Below are positions 1 to 10,717 of a stretch of DNA of 64,000 bases, piece after piece (position 1 is the stretch's first letter; every line of letters begins with the position of its first letter). The notes below the pieces were generated by a model that saw nothing but the letters and a program-made list of their open reading frames with translations, ran no database searches and was not told the origin of the DNA. Position numbers and translations under genes: made by a program. The stretch covers positions 21,167-85,166 of the forward strand of contig CBEUCJ010000004.1 in the NCBI GenBank assembly GCA_965541615.1, in the 5' to 3' direction. Origin of the DNA: an uncultured bacterium. GTDB lineage: Bacteria > Omnitrophota > Gorgyraeia > Duberdicusellales > CBEUCJ01.

Positions 1-1
1 A

Positions 2-709
2 CCTATTGCTCAAAAATGTGCAGAAGTATTTATGAAGAGGCATCCTGAAGCAAACATTTCAGTGCGTGGTGGAGGTTCAGGGGTAGGCATTGCTGCTTTA
101 ATTGATGGGATATGTGACATTGCTGATTCTTCCCGTCCTATGAAAGATAAGGAAATTAAGAAAGCTTTAGAAAAAGGAGTTAATCCTGTTGCTCACGTCA
201 TAGCTATGGATGGGATTGCAGTAATTGTTCATCCTTCAAATCCAGTTAATGAACTTACACTCACTCAACTTAAAGATATCTATACTGGCAAAATATCTAA
301 CTGGGCTGAATTAGGAGGAAAAAACCAAAAAATAGTTGTTATATCGCGTGATGTTGCTTCAGGAACATTTGAATGTTTTAAAAAGTTAGTTTTAAAAAAA
401 GAACGTGTGCGTCCAGATGCTCTGCTTCAGGCTTCAAATGCAGCAGTCCTTTCAGTTGTTAAACGAACAGAAGGAGCTATTGGTTATGTGGGATTGGGGT
501 ATTTGAATTCAGAAGTTAAAGCTTTAAAGATTGAGGGGGTTTTTCCTTCAGAAGATACTGTATTAAAAGGCACCTATCCTATCTCAAGACCCTTATTTAT
601 GTATACCAACGGCAAACCAAAAGGATTAGCAAAAGATTTTATTGATTTTGTTTTAAGTAAAGAAGGACAAAAAATAGTTAAAGAACAGGGTTTTATTCCT
701 TTAAAGTAA
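2..709 (+). CDS. pstS: phosphate ABC transporter substrate-binding protein (5'-partial, frame open from window start)
   Basis: GGGSGVGI, DIADSSR, SRD..SGT, YPISRPLF motifs; first gene of pstCAB-phoU. Confidence 0.95.
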   Translation, partial: PIAQKCAEVFMKRHPEANISVRGGGSGVGIAALIDGICDIADSSRPMKDKEIKKALEKGVNPVAHVIAMDGIAVIVHPSNPVNELTLTQLKDIYTGKISNWAELGGKNQKIVVISRDVASGTFECFKKLVLKKERVRPDALLQASNAAVLSVVKRTEGAIGYVGLGYLNSEVKALKIEGVFPSEDTVLKGTYPISRPLFMYTNGKPKGLAKDFIDFVLSKEGQKIVKEQGFIPLK

Positions 710-711
710 GT

Positions 712-1587
712 ATGAGGAAAGTAAAAGAAAATTTAATTAAAGGATTTTTTTGTCTGTTTGCTTCTCTTTCCATTTTCTTTCTTTTAGGGATCGTTATAGT
801 TTTATTTAAAGAAGGGTTGCCAATTTTTAAAGTTACTTCTCTTAAAAAATTTCTATTTGGTAAATTCTGGTATCCTACTTCTGAGCCTCCTGAATTTGGG
901 ATATTACCTCTTATTTTAGGCTCTTTCTTAGTCACATTTGGAGCATTAGTTATTTCTGTGCCTTTAGGGGTAGCTTCTGCTATCTACATCTCAGAAATAG
1001 CTTCTCCTAAAATTAAGGAATTTATAAAACCTGTAATTGAACTTCTTGCAGGTATTCCTTCTGTAGTCTATGGATTTTTTGGAATGGTAGTTGTAGCACC
1101 TCAGATAGCAAAAATCTTTAATTTAGCTGTAGGATTAAACGCTTTTACAGCTTCTTTGATTTTGGGTATTATGGCAATCCCTACTATTACAAGTATCTCT
1201 GAAGATGCAATTTCAGCAGTCCCCAAAAGATTTAAAGAAGCTTCTTACGCTTTAGGAGCAAATAAATGGGAGACTGTTATAAAAGTAACTCTTCCTGCTG
1301 CAGGAGGAGGAATAACTACAGCTATTATTCTGGGTATAGCAAGAGTTATTGGTGAGACAATGACAGTGTTAATGGTTGCAGGAGGAGCTCCTGTTATTCC
1401 ACACTCTTTTTTTGAACCTGTGAGAACCATGACAGCTACTATTGCTGCTGAGATGGGAGAGACAGTTGTAGGAAGTGCGCATTTCTGTGCCCTTTTTGCT
1501 ATTGCTATAGTTCTTTTTTTAATTACTTTAAGTTTTAATATCCTTGCTGATGTTTTATCTCAAAGATTTAGAAAAAGATTGGGATGA
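712..1587 (+). CDS. pstC: phosphate ABC transporter permease PstC
   Basis: ELLAGIPSVVYG, EASYALGA, RVIGETM; operon position. Confidence 0.95.
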   Translation: MRKVKENLIKGFFCLFASLSIFFLLGIVIVLFKEGLPIFKVTSLKKFLFGKFWYPTSEPPEFGILPLILGSFLVTFGALVISVPLGVASAIYISEIASPKIKEFIKPVIELLAGIPSVVYGFFGMVVVAPQIAKIFNLAVGLNAFTASLILGIMAIPTITSISEDAISAVPKRFKEASYALGANKWETVIKVTLPAAGGGITTAIILGIARVIGETMTVLMVAGGAPVIPHSFFEPVRTMTATIAAEMGETVVGSAHFCALFAIAIVLFLITLSFNILADVLSQRFRKRLG

Positions 1588-2435
1588 ATTTAAGAAAGAT
1601 TAAAGAATTTATTGGCTTTACGATTTTAAGATTAGCTACTTTTACTATTCTTTTTTCTCTTTTTACTATTTTTTACTTTATAAGCATCAGGGGAATAAAA
1701 GTAATAAACTGGCAGTTTTTAACTCAAGTGCCTTCTCAAGGAATGACTTCTGGAGGAATTTTTCCTGCAATTTTGGGAACATTTTATTTAACTCTTTGTG
1801 CGGTTTGTTTTTCTTTACCTTTAGGAGTTGCAGCAGCTATATATTTAGCTGAATACGCAAAAGAAGGAAAGTTGGTAAGAATAATTCGCATTGGAATAAA
1901 TAATCTTGCTGGTGTTCCTTCTATAGTATTTGGGCTTTTTGGATTAGCAGTCTTTGTTAAATATCTTGGTTTTGGTGTATCAATTTTATCTGGTGGACTT
2001 ACTTTGGGGATATTGATTTTGCCTGTGATTATTCGTGCTTCTGAAGAAGCAATATTGGCTGTTCCAAAGTTTTTAAGAGAAGCCTCATTAGCTTTAGGAG
2101 CAACTAAATGGCAGACTATTTACAGAGTCGTTTTACCAAATGCTCTTCCAGGAATTTTGACTGGTGCAATATTAGGAATTGGAAGAGCTGCAGGTGAGAC
2201 TGCTCCTATACTTTTTACTGCAGTTACATTTTATTCAGCAAAGCTTCCTACTTCAATCTTTAGTGAAGTTCAGGCGCTTCCATATCACATTTATGCTTTA
2301 ATGACTGAAGGCACACACCCTGAGCTTCAGGTCCCTATTGCTTATGGAACAGCTTTAGTTTTACTCTTTTTAGTTTTGGGTATAGATTTGGTTGCTATTG
2401 TTATACGTAAAAGAGCGAGAAAAAGAAAATGGTAG
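1584..2435 (+). CDS. pstA: phosphate ABC transporter permease PstA
   Basis: [33 protein letters not shown]. Confidence 0.95.
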   Translation: MNLRKIKEFIGFTILRLATFTILFSLFTIFYFISIRGIKVINWQFLTQVPSQGMTSGGIFPAILGTFYLTLCAVCFSLPLGVAAAIYLAEYAKEGKLVRIIRIGINNLAGVPSIVFGLFGLAVFVKYLGFGVSILSGGLTLGILILPVIIRASEEAILAVPKFLREASLALGATKWQTIYRVVLPNALPGILTGAILGIGRAAGETAPILFTAVTFYSAKLPTSIFSEVQALPYHIYALMTEGTHPELQVPIAYGTALVLLFLVLGIDLVAIVIRKRARKRKW

Positions 2436-3205
2436 AAAAAATCACCAGTAAAAAAGATGTTAAAATCTCTATTCGTAATTTAAATATCTGGTATCAAGAT
2501 ACACATGTAATAAAGAATGTAAATCTTGATATTGAGAAGAATAAAGTTACAGCAATTATTGGTCCTTCAGGTTGTGGTAAATCCACACTTATAAAATCAA
2601 TAAATAGAATGCTGGATATAATACCTGAGGCAAAAGTAAAGGGTACAATTTTATTAGATGGTCAAAATATTTATGATATTGATGAGACAATTTTAAGAAA
2701 AAGAATAGGGATGGTATTTCAGATGCCTAATCCTTTTCCTAAATCTATATTTGAGAATGTTGCTTATGGATTAAAGATTCATAAGATGTTTAAAGATAAA
2801 CAAGATCTTTATTTTAAAGTTGAAAAGGCATTGAAACAAGCTGCTTTATGGGATGAGGTTAAAGATAATCTTGATAAATTTGCTTTAGATTTATCTGGAG
2901 GCCAACAGCAGAGATTATGTATTGCTCGGTGTATTGCTCTTGAACCAGAAGTTATATTATTTGATGAACCATGTTCTGCTTTGGATCCGGTTGCTACTGC
3001 AAAGATTGAGGAGTTGATTGAAAATTTAAAGAGAAATTATACAATAGTAATCGTTACTCACAATATGCAACAGGCAGCCAGGATTTCAGATTACACTGCT
3101 TTTTTATACTTGGGGAATTTGGTTGAATTTGGTCCTACACAAAAAATATTTACTACTCCTCAAAATAAATTGACTGAGAGGTATTTAACAGGTAGATTTG
3201 GATAA
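2429..3205 (+). CDS. pstB: phosphate ABC transporter ATP-binding protein
   Basis: [31 protein letters not shown]-terminal GRFG. Confidence 0.97.
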   Translation: MVEKITSKKDVKISIRNLNIWYQDTHVIKNVNLDIEKNKVTAIIGPSGCGKSTLIKSINRMLDIIPEAKVKGTILLDGQNIYDIDETILRKRIGMVFQMPNPFPKSIFENVAYGLKIHKMFKDKQDLYFKVEKALKQAALWDEVKDNLDKFALDLSGGQQQRLCIARCIALEPEVILFDEPCSALDPVATAKIEELIENLKRNYTIVIVTHNMQQAARISDYTAFLYLGNLVEFGPTQKIFTTPQNKLTERYLTGRFG

Positions 3206-3217
3206 AAAGGAGAGGTT

Positions 3218-3868
3218 ATGTTAGAAGAAAAATTAAACGAATTAAAGAAAAAATTAATTGAGGAAGCAAACTTAGCTCAAGATATGGTTAAAAAATCAAT
3301 TGAGGGGCTTATTAAAAAAAGAAAAGAAATTTTAGAAAAGGTAACTAAAGAATATGAACCTAAAATGAATGAGTTAGAAATAGAATTAGATGAATTATGC
3401 ACAAATTTAATTGCTCTTTATCAGCCAGAAGCAGGAGATTTAAGGACCATTCTTATGATTTTAAAGATGAATAATGATTTAGAAAGGATTGGAGATTTAG
3501 CAGTAAATATATCTGAAAGTGCTTTATATTTAATAGAAAAACCACCCGTTAAACCTTTAATTGACATTCCCAGAATGGCAGAAGAATCTATAGATATGTT
3601 AAAAAATGCAATTAACTCTTTTATAAATAAAGATGCAAATTTAGCAAAATCTGTATGTGAGAAAGATAGTGTTGTTGACAATTTAAGAGACCAGATTTTA
3701 AGAGAATTGATCACTTACATGAGTTCTGATCCTTCTACCATTGAGCGCTCAATCCACCTAATAAGAATCTCACGCTGTTTAGAACGCATAGCTGATTTAT
3801 CCACAAATATCTGTGAAGATGTAATATTTATGGTAGAAGGAAAAATTATAAAGCACCATAAAGAATAA
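3218..3868 (+). CDS. phoU: phosphate signalling protein PhoU
   Basis: two PhoU repeats (LERIGD, LERIAD), QPEAGDLR; SD aggagagg. Confidence 0.96.
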   Translation: MLEEKLNELKKKLIEEANLAQDMVKKSIEGLIKKRKEILEKVTKEYEPKMNELEIELDELCTNLIALYQPEAGDLRTILMILKMNNDLERIGDLAVNISESALYLIEKPPVKPLIDIPRMAEESIDMLKNAINSFINKDANLAKSVCEKDSVVDNLRDQILRELITYMSSDPSTIERSIHLIRISRCLERIADLSTNICEDVIFMVEGKIIKHHKE

Positions 3869-4069
3869 AGGATAAAAAAAGACTTTTGAATTTTGGTTTT
3901 GCTCTGTTTGTTATATAATAAGTTATGAAGTCGGTATTGATGAAGGAGCAGATGATAGCATTGAACATACATATCTAACTTTTGTGCTTGATACTCTATT
4001 CAAATTCAGTCTAAAGGTTAAAGTTTAAATATGCTTAGATTAGTTAAGCATTAGTTGAAGATAGTTTTT

Positions 4070-4939
4070 ATGAGTGAGACAAACAGAAAAATAAAAGTGG
4101 AGGCGAATCTAACTAATACAGAATTACTGCAAATAAAAAAGGGAAGTGTATTCTTTGAAGCAAAAGAAGGAAAGATTAAGATAATTCATGACGATTTTTT
4201 AATGACAAACTTGATTAAAGAAAATTCAATCGATTTAATAGTAACTTCTCCTCCATATAATGTGGATATTCATTATAATTCATTTCAAGATGATATTCCT
4301 TATGAGAGATACCTTGAATTTACAGAAAAATGGTTAAAAAAGGCATTTACTTTAACAAAACCAGATGGAAGGATGTGTCTAAATATACCTTTAGATAAAA
4401 GCAAAGGTAGAAAAGGAGCAGGGTTTCAGACAGTTTATGCTGATATAGTAAATATTGCTAAAAAAGTAGGTTGGAAGTATTTTTCAACAATAATATGGAA
4501 TGAAGGGAATATATCCAGAAGAACTGCTTGGGGATCTTGGTTAAGTGCCAGAGCTCCTTATGTTATTGCTCCTGTGGAAGTAATTATAATTTTTTATAAA
4601 GAAAGATGGCAAAGGATAAAAAATGGGGAATCAGATATAAAAAGAGAGGAGTTTGTGGAATGGACTAATGGATTATGGACATTTCCAGGAGAAAGTAAGA
4701 AAAAAGTCGGACATCCTGCACCTTTTCCCGTCGAATTACCCAAAAGATGTATTAAACTCTTCAGTTTTGTAGGTGATACTGTATTAGATCCATTCTTAGG
4801 AAGCGGAAGTACTTTAATTGCATGTGCTTTATTAGACAGAAAGGGGATTGGAGTGGAGATAGATAAAAATTATTGCAAATTAGCTAAAAATAGATTGATA
4901 AAGGAATGTAAGATAAACCAGAAAAAGTTATGGGAATAA
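4070..4939 (+). CDS. beta-class amino-DNA methyltransferase (probably N4-C), type II R-M
   Basis: TSPPY before DPFLGSG, HPAPFP; ATG 4070 (ORF track starts at TTG 4055). Confidence 0.9.
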   Translation: MSETNRKIKVEANLTNTELLQIKKGSVFFEAKEGKIKIIHDDFLMTNLIKENSIDLIVTSPPYNVDIHYNSFQDDIPYERYLEFTEKWLKKAFTLTKPDGRMCLNIPLDKSKGRKGAGFQTVYADIVNIAKKVGWKYFSTIIWNEGNISRRTAWGSWLSARAPYVIAPVEVIIIFYKERWQRIKNGESDIKREEFVEWTNGLWTFPGESKKKVGHPAPFPVELPKRCIKLFSFVGDTVLDPFLGSGSTLIACALLDRKGIGVEIDKNYCKLAKNRLIKECKINQKKLWE

Positions 4940-5687
4940 TCAAATAAGAAAAGGATTTAAATGTAAAAAAGAAATATTAGAAAAATTAAAAGAGTGTTAC
5001 AATAGTATAGTAAGAAATAAATTCAGAGGAAGTTTCTTAGATGCGCTAAAAAATTTTGATTCTTTAGCTGAAAAGGAACTTCGTAAAATACTTATAAATT
5101 ATTATTCGAACCAGCGTAGTCAGGATCAAGCATGGAAAACATGTAAAGGTTCACTATACGAATATGCAGTTTTTAAATATATACAAAATGTTGTAGAAAA
5201 AGATAAAAAATTGAAAAACAAGATTATAGCTATAATGGGAGAAGAGGCTTTAAATGCATATAAAGATCAGATAGTTATTAAAAACTGGTGCGATATTTTC
5301 CCTGATGTAGACATTCTTGTAATCGAAAAACAGACCAATTCAGTAATAGCTATTTTATCATGTAAAACCAGCTTAAGAGAAAGATTGACAGAGACAGCTT
5401 TTTGGAGAAGAGAACTTGAAAAGAAAAGGAGTACGAAAAAAATAAAGTTAGTTTTTATAACTACAGACAAGGATAATGAATTAAAGACAGAAACAAATCG
5501 TTATGTCCTCTTACATGTAGTTGACCATACTTTTATAACAGATCCAAAGAAATATAATGAATTGATAGAAGCATATAAAAAGAAATATGGTAATCGAGAT
5601 GATTTCTATAAACTTCTTATAAAAATTGAATTTATAGATAAAATAAAGGGCTTTATAGAGCTTCTTCTAAATAGGCAAAATAATTGA
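4930..5687 (+). pseudogene. BsaWI-like type II restriction endonuclease with disrupted 5' end
   Basis: Frame open 4917-5687 with DQAWKTCKGSLYE, PDVDILVI, SCKTSLRER..W; no ATG/GTG/TTG before 5211; ATG 4930 is out of frame and stops after MGIIK. Confidence 0.7.
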
Positions 5688-5768
5688 ATATAATGCGACT
5701 GCTTTAGCCTGTGTTTTATTAACACTTACTTTTCTCACAAGATAGTTTAGAATAAAAAGTAAATCTTA

Positions 5769-8700
5769 TTACTCTGAGAATATTTCTTTAAATATCTTTT
5801 TCTTCCATTTTTTGTATATCTTTTCCCACAGTTGCATCCATACTCCATGGACAGAGATTTGTTTGGTAACTTCATTGTTAGTTTCATTTACTTCACCTAT
5901 TTGGTTTTCAGGGTCTACTATTACTTTAAAGATCAGAGGTCCTGGTGTTTGTGGAGTATAAGAGAATGAGAAAGAAGATGAAGAGTTAGCTTTAAGTCTT
6001 GGTAAAATTTTGGTATGAATAGGAGTATTGTTTGCTTTGACCAGAACTTTAACATTGTTTAAGTCTATTTTCCCTGCGTTATGTACAGTTATAAATAAAT
6101 TAACAGGTTCTCTCACATTTACTTTCAGAGAAGGCTTTAAGATAAAATCTTGAGGATAAATGCTTAAATCTGCTCCTTTTTCTTGGAAATAGTAAGGAGG
6201 ATACTCTCCTCCTTTTACATAAAAATAACTCTCCTTTGTTATTTCTCTTACTATCTTACCAAAATATACTTGAGCAGTAGCGCGAATCTTAAATTTCCCT
6301 GGATATACTGCTTTATAAGGAAAAGTAACTTGGAACTCTCCTTTATTTACAACAGATGGCCAAACTTTTACATAACTTGCATATCCAAATTTAGGATCTC
6401 TTTCTTTTTCAACATTGATGATCTCTATTTTTACCACAATATTTCTTAAACTCCTTCCAGAGATGTTTTTAAATTGCGCACCTATACTTTTAGTTTCTCC
6501 TACTTTTATAGGAGTATCAGTTCCCCAAAATTTTGTAACCATAAGAGGAATTCTTTTCTGTATTTCTTTTTCTTTCTGCTTTCTTTTATATGCTTGTTGG
6601 ACTGCTTTTTCAAAATTTCCATAAGTATAAGTTACTTCATTGTTATCTTCATTTACTTCTCTTACTCTATTATAGGGATCAACACTGATCACCATTTTAA
6701 AAGGAGGCTTTTGTGAGTAATTTATAGAAAAATCACGATACTTTTTTGCAGGTATTATTCTTGCAAAACTTGCCAAAACTTTAGATTTTACTTCATTTTC
6801 TTCTATATAAAAAACTTTAAATTTAACCAAAGCAGTTGCAGATTTGGTACCTCTATTAAACACTCTAACTTTACAGCTCTTTCTATCAAGCTTGACATCT
6901 TCTTTTCTTAATACAAAATCGACTCCTTTAACAGGTAGAAATTCTGGAACAGATATTTTTTTGGAGATAACATTATCTTTTTCATTTAGATCTTTGTATC
7001 CTTTTGTTTTAAGAATAGCTTTTATTATGTGAGTTCCACTCTCAGCTTTCCATACAATTAAGTCATTTTCTGGTTTACCATCACCAATTATTATCTTTTC
7101 TCCTGCAGGAATCTTTGTAGAGATATGTTTTATTAATGCAGAATCTACATAAACAAAAATATCTACAGGAGCTTTTGCCTTTCCTTTATTACTAACATTG
7201 ATAAGAAATTTAACTTCATCTTTAGCTTGAAAAGATTCAGGATTAAATTCTAATGAATCTATAGATAAATCATACTCAGGTAAACCAACCTCAACAGTAA
7301 AATAAATACTATTGTTTGATTCATTAAGTTCAGATATTGAATTGTGGGGGTCTACTGTAACTTTAAATGTATATTTGCGAGCTTTATCGAAAGTATATTG
7401 AATACTCGCTATTCTATAAGAGTTTCTTTTAATATAAGGAATGAAAACAGAAGTTATAGGTTTACCATCCTTTTCAAATAAAACATGCACATTTTTTGCA
7501 GGTCTATTTCCAAAGTTATAAACTTTCACCCATATTCTGGTTGGAACTCCTATTTGAGGAGCACCTCCTTTTTCAGATTCTACTCCAAAACCAGGTTCTG
7601 CCAATTTTCCAGAGATTTCTTCAGTTTGTAATAAAAGGTCAGGTTCTGGTGCTATATATACAGACTCATAAGCAGAATTGTTATTTTCCTTAAGTTCATC
7701 GATCTTATTTTCAGAGTCGACTATAGCAACAAATTTGTGTTTACCTGTTCTTTTTATATTGTATGCAGTTTCAATAGCTATAGATTCCTCTTTTTTTAAT
7801 TCTTTTATTATCTGCTTAAAGATAATTTTCCCTCCACATTTGATAACAAAAGGAATTTCTGAAGCATCTATTGCTCCTTTATTTTCAATCACAGCTTTAA
7901 TATTTATTGATTCATCTAATTTAGGTTTTGAAGGAGTAATATCTATAGATTTTACAGTTAAATCAGGACGATTAGGGCCTACTCCTATAGGATAAGGAAG
8001 TCCTTCAGGTATCTCAATACTCACCTCTTTTATTCCTATCCCCCACTTACGTAGCTTTGGAACACTTTCACCTGAGAAACAACTTTTATGTTTATAAAAA
8101 TTTATACAAGCTCCTGCTTCGTTTACGGCTGCTCCTGCTGCAACTACAAGAGAATCAAGTGACACATAAACTCTATAAGTTTTTCCTGCCTCCACAGGTA
8201 CATTTTTAAATTCATACGTTATTTCTTTTGAAATTACTTCATCTGCATCTAAAGCATCTACAGTGTAATCTACAACATCTAATATAGTTCCTATACCTAC
8301 TACTCCTGTTGCTTCTTCTATAGCTTCACTTGCAACTGTTTGAGCGACTTCTTCAGCCCAATCTACCCATTCTTTTTTATTCGTTTTAGCCCAAATAACT
8401 TTTTCTACTATTGGTGAGTTTAAAGGACCTGTAGCTCCTTCATGGACTCCTACACTTATCTTTGCTTTATAAAAATTCTGACCACCAGCAAAAGAACTGG
8501 CATTAATTACTCCAAAAAGAGAGACTTTAAATCTAATATTTACTTTGAATTTTGTTCCAGGTTTTATATTAACGAAACCAAAGGTTTTATAATGATATGT
8601 TCTTAGAGAAGCACGGGCTCCACCTATCCAGGCAGTTGCTGAGCACCAGGATTTTATTCCTGGACTTCTTTGTTTCCATGCAAATTCAGCTGTAGCTTGA

Positions 8701-8843
8701 GCCCCAGATGGATCTTTTTTCTTTGATTCTTTATCTATGTAAACTCCTCCTCCATAAATTTCTGCTTTTTGAATAGGTTCTTTGGCATATATAAAAGGGA
8801 TGAAGATGATTATTAAGAATAAAATTACAGCTTTTTTCTTCAT
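5769..8843 (-). CDS. secreted multi-CARDB (Ig-like) surface protein
   Basis: Signal peptide MKKKAVILFLIIIFIPFIYA; about five repeats of the form DL....V.N.G....VDP.N.I.E.NE.NN. Confidence 0.85.
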   Translation of the reverse strand: MKKKAVILFLIIIFIPFIYAKEPIQKAEIYGGGVYIDKESKKKDPSGAQATAEFAWKQRSPGIKSWCSATAWIGGARASLRTYHYKTFGFVNIKPGTKFKVNIRFKVSLFGVINASSFAGGQNFYKAKISVGVHEGATGPLNSPIVEKVIWAKTNKKEWVDWAEEVAQTVASEAIEEATGVVGIGTILDVVDYTVDALDADEVISKEITYEFKNVPVEAGKTYRVYVSLDSLVVAAGAAVNEAGACINFYKHKSCFSGESVPKLRKWGIGIKEVSIEIPEGLPYPIGVGPNRPDLTVKSIDITPSKPKLDESINIKAVIENKGAIDASEIPFVIKCGGKIIFKQIIKELKKEESIAIETAYNIKRTGKHKFVAIVDSENKIDELKENNNSAYESVYIAPEPDLLLQTEEISGKLAEPGFGVESEKGGAPQIGVPTRIWVKVYNFGNRPAKNVHVLFEKDGKPITSVFIPYIKRNSYRIASIQYTFDKARKYTFKVTVDPHNSISELNESNNSIYFTVEVGLPEYDLSIDSLEFNPESFQAKDEVKFLINVSNKGKAKAPVDIFVYVDSALIKHISTKIPAGEKIIIGDGKPENDLIVWKAESGTHIIKAILKTKGYKDLNEKDNVISKKISVPEFLPVKGVDFVLRKEDVKLDRKSCKVRVFNRGTKSATALVKFKVFYIEENEVKSKVLASFARIIPAKKYRDFSINYSQKPPFKMVISVDPYNRVREVNEDNNEVTYTYGNFEKAVQQAYKRKQKEKEIQKRIPLMVTKFWGTDTPIKVGETKSIGAQFKNISGRSLRNIVVKIEIINVEKERDPKFGYASYVKVWPSVVNKGEFQVTFPYKAVYPGKFKIRATAQVYFGKIVREITKESYFYVKGGEYPPYYFQEKGADLSIYPQDFILKPSLKVNVREPVNLFITVHNAGKIDLNNVKVLVKANNTPIHTKILPRLKANSSSSFSFSYTPQTPGPLIFKVIVDPENQIGEVNETNNEVTKQISVHGVWMQLWEKIYKKWKKKIFKEIFSE

Positions 8844-8889
8844 TTTTGAATATTATTTTAACATAATTTTTTGTATAATTAAAATTACC

Positions 8890-9624
8890 ATGATGGAGAG
8901 AGAAGTGCATATTACTGCACGAGATTTGCTTAATTTTTTGCAATTTAAAGATGGTGATTTTGGAGAAATAGCTATCGTTAGTGGACAACCTCAAAGAGCT
9001 AAGATGATTTTAGAAAAATTAGAAAGACCTAAAAAGAATTTTACTTTTCTGACTTACACTTTTTGGACAGGTTTTTATAAAGAAAAAAGAGTTACAGTGG
9101 GAAACGCAGGATTTTATGCTCCAGATTCAGCGTTCTTAACTGAGATGCTATGTGAAGGAGGAGTAGAGGTTCTTATTAGGGTAGGGTCTTGTGGAGCTTT
9201 AAAAAGAGAGATAAAAATAGGTGATTTTATAATTGTAGATAAAGTATTAAGAGGAGATGGAGTAACTAAATATTATGTAGATGAAGATTTTTCTCCTATC
9301 TTAGATAAAGAGTTAATGCAGAATCTAAAATTAATCTTTGAAAGAGTAGGAAATGTGTATGTAGGTGGTGTATGGACTACAGATGCTTTACTTAGAGAGA
9401 AAAAAGAGATTGTAAATTTTTATATAGAAAAAGGAGCTATTAGTGTAGATATGGTAAGTAGCCCTTTTGTTGTAGTTTCTAATCTTTATAAAAAGAGAGT
9501 AGGAGTGGTTTTAATCGTTTCTGATAATCTTATTACTGGTGAGTTTGGTTTTAGAGATAATAGATTTTTTGAAGCTCAAAAAAAAGCAGCTGAAAACATT
9601 TTGAGAATAGTAGAACTCATATAA
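8890..9624 (+). CDS. purine/uridine nucleoside phosphorylase family protein
   Basis: G.PQRA, LIRVGSCGAL, VWTTDALLRE, SVDM, IVSD; true start probably ATG 8890/8893. Confidence 0.85.
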   Translation: MMEREVHITARDLLNFLQFKDGDFGEIAIVSGQPQRAKMILEKLERPKKNFTFLTYTFWTGFYKEKRVTVGNAGFYAPDSAFLTEMLCEGGVEVLIRVGSCGALKREIKIGDFIIVDKVLRGDGVTKYYVDEDFSPILDKELMQNLKLIFERVGNVYVGGVWTTDALLREKKEIVNFYIEKGAISVDMVSSPFVVVSNLYKKRVGVVLIVSDNLITGEFGFRDNRFFEAQKKAAENILRIVELI

Positions 9625-9630
9625 ATAAAG

Positions 9631-10626
9631 ATGCAAAAGGATAAAATAAAAAAAGAGATAATCTATTGGGCAAAGCTCTTAAATCAAAAAAATTTAGTAA
9701 GTGCAAGGAGTGGAAATATTTCTTATAAACTTTCTGAAGACAAAATTCTAATCACTTCTCATGATTGTTATTTAGGAGATTTGAAAGAAGAAGATATTCT
9801 TTTAATCAGCAAGGAGGGAGAGATTTTAGAAGGAGAAAAAGAGATTACCAGTGAAAAAAAATTACATTTAGATATCTATAAAGAGATTGAAGATGCAAAG
9901 GTAATCTTACACGCACACCCTCCTTATACAGTAGCTTTCTTTCACTATTTTGACAAGTTAGATATATTTTCATTTGAAGCAAGATTCTATTTGGGAAATG
10001 TTAAAGTAATTTTACAGGAGACTCCAACAGTAATAGATACCAAACCTGTAATAGAAGCTTTGAAAGCAGTAAATATCGTCGTTTTGAAAGAACATGGAGT
10101 AGTAAGCATAGGTAGAGATTTTAGAGAAGCTTTAAGTTTAATAGAGCTTCTTGAAGAGCAGAGCAAGATAAATCTTTTAATAAGATCAGGTTTTTTAAAA
10201 GAAGAAAAAGAGTTTTTTAAAGATGAAGATAACCAAAAAGAGGTTAAGACTAAGTATAAGTTACTTTCATCAGAACATATCAAAAGATTAGTTGAGTTAG
10301 TAAATAATGACAGACAGACTCAAGAATTGGGAGAAAAATACGACTTAACTTGCACTTTAGCTATAAAAAATCAGGATTCTAAAAGAACAATCTGCTTTTA
10401 TTACAAAAAAGGAAAGATTACAAAAGTAGACAACAATGAATATGCTGAAATTTTGATTACTGGAAAAGAGGAGATTTTAAAAAAGATCTTTAATCAGGAT
10501 TTAGATCCTTTTGTAGCTGCAACTCACAGAAAGATAGAAATAAAAGGAAATTTCTCTAAGATAAGTATGTGGTATCAGGTTTTAGCAAGGATATTTACAA
10601 TATGGAAAAGAGCACCAGTAGAATAA
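9631..10626 (+). CDS. class II aldolase/adducin domain fused to C-terminal SCP2-like domain
   Basis: SGNIS, TSE..LH..IY, HAHPP, HGVV; C-terminal LDPFVAATHRKIEIKGN resembles SCP2. Confidence 0.8.
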   Translation: MQKDKIKKEIIYWAKLLNQKNLVSARSGNISYKLSEDKILITSHDCYLGDLKEEDILLISKEGEILEGEKEITSEKKLHLDIYKEIEDAKVILHAHPPYTVAFFHYFDKLDIFSFEARFYLGNVKVILQETPTVIDTKPVIEALKAVNIVVLKEHGVVSIGRDFREALSLIELLEEQSKINLLIRSGFLKEEKEFFKDEDNQKEVKTKYKLLSSEHIKRLVELVNNDRQTQELGEKYDLTCTLAIKNQDSKRTICFYYKKGKITKVDNNEYAEILITGKEEILKKIFNQDLDPFVAATHRKIEIKGNFSKISMWYQVLARIFTIWKRAPVE

Positions 10627-10679
10627 AAATTAAAAGTAAAGCTTATCTTCAATTTAGAACTTAAATAAGCTAACCATTC

Positions 10680-10707
10680 TTGACAAAGAGGTTAAAGGTG
10701 TTAATAT
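10680..10707 (+). promoter_or_regulatory. sigma70-type promoter for lpt-tig-clpP run
   Basis: TTGACA 10680-85, 16 nt spacer, TGn-TAATAT 10699-10707. Confidence 0.5.
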
Positions 10708-10717
10708 AGATTAGTTT

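Noticed and set aside
3869-4054. Spacer encodes EVGIDEGADD, reminiscent of the response-regulator GADDY motif (phoB remnant after phoU)
   Set aside because: Only four residues match and no other receiver-domain features are present; not supportable
8782-8889. N-terminal extensions in the ORF track (8782, 18418, 25714, 34115, 42259, 44582)
   Set aside because: They overlap neighbouring genes; downstream ATGs fit family starts and RBS or -10 positions better
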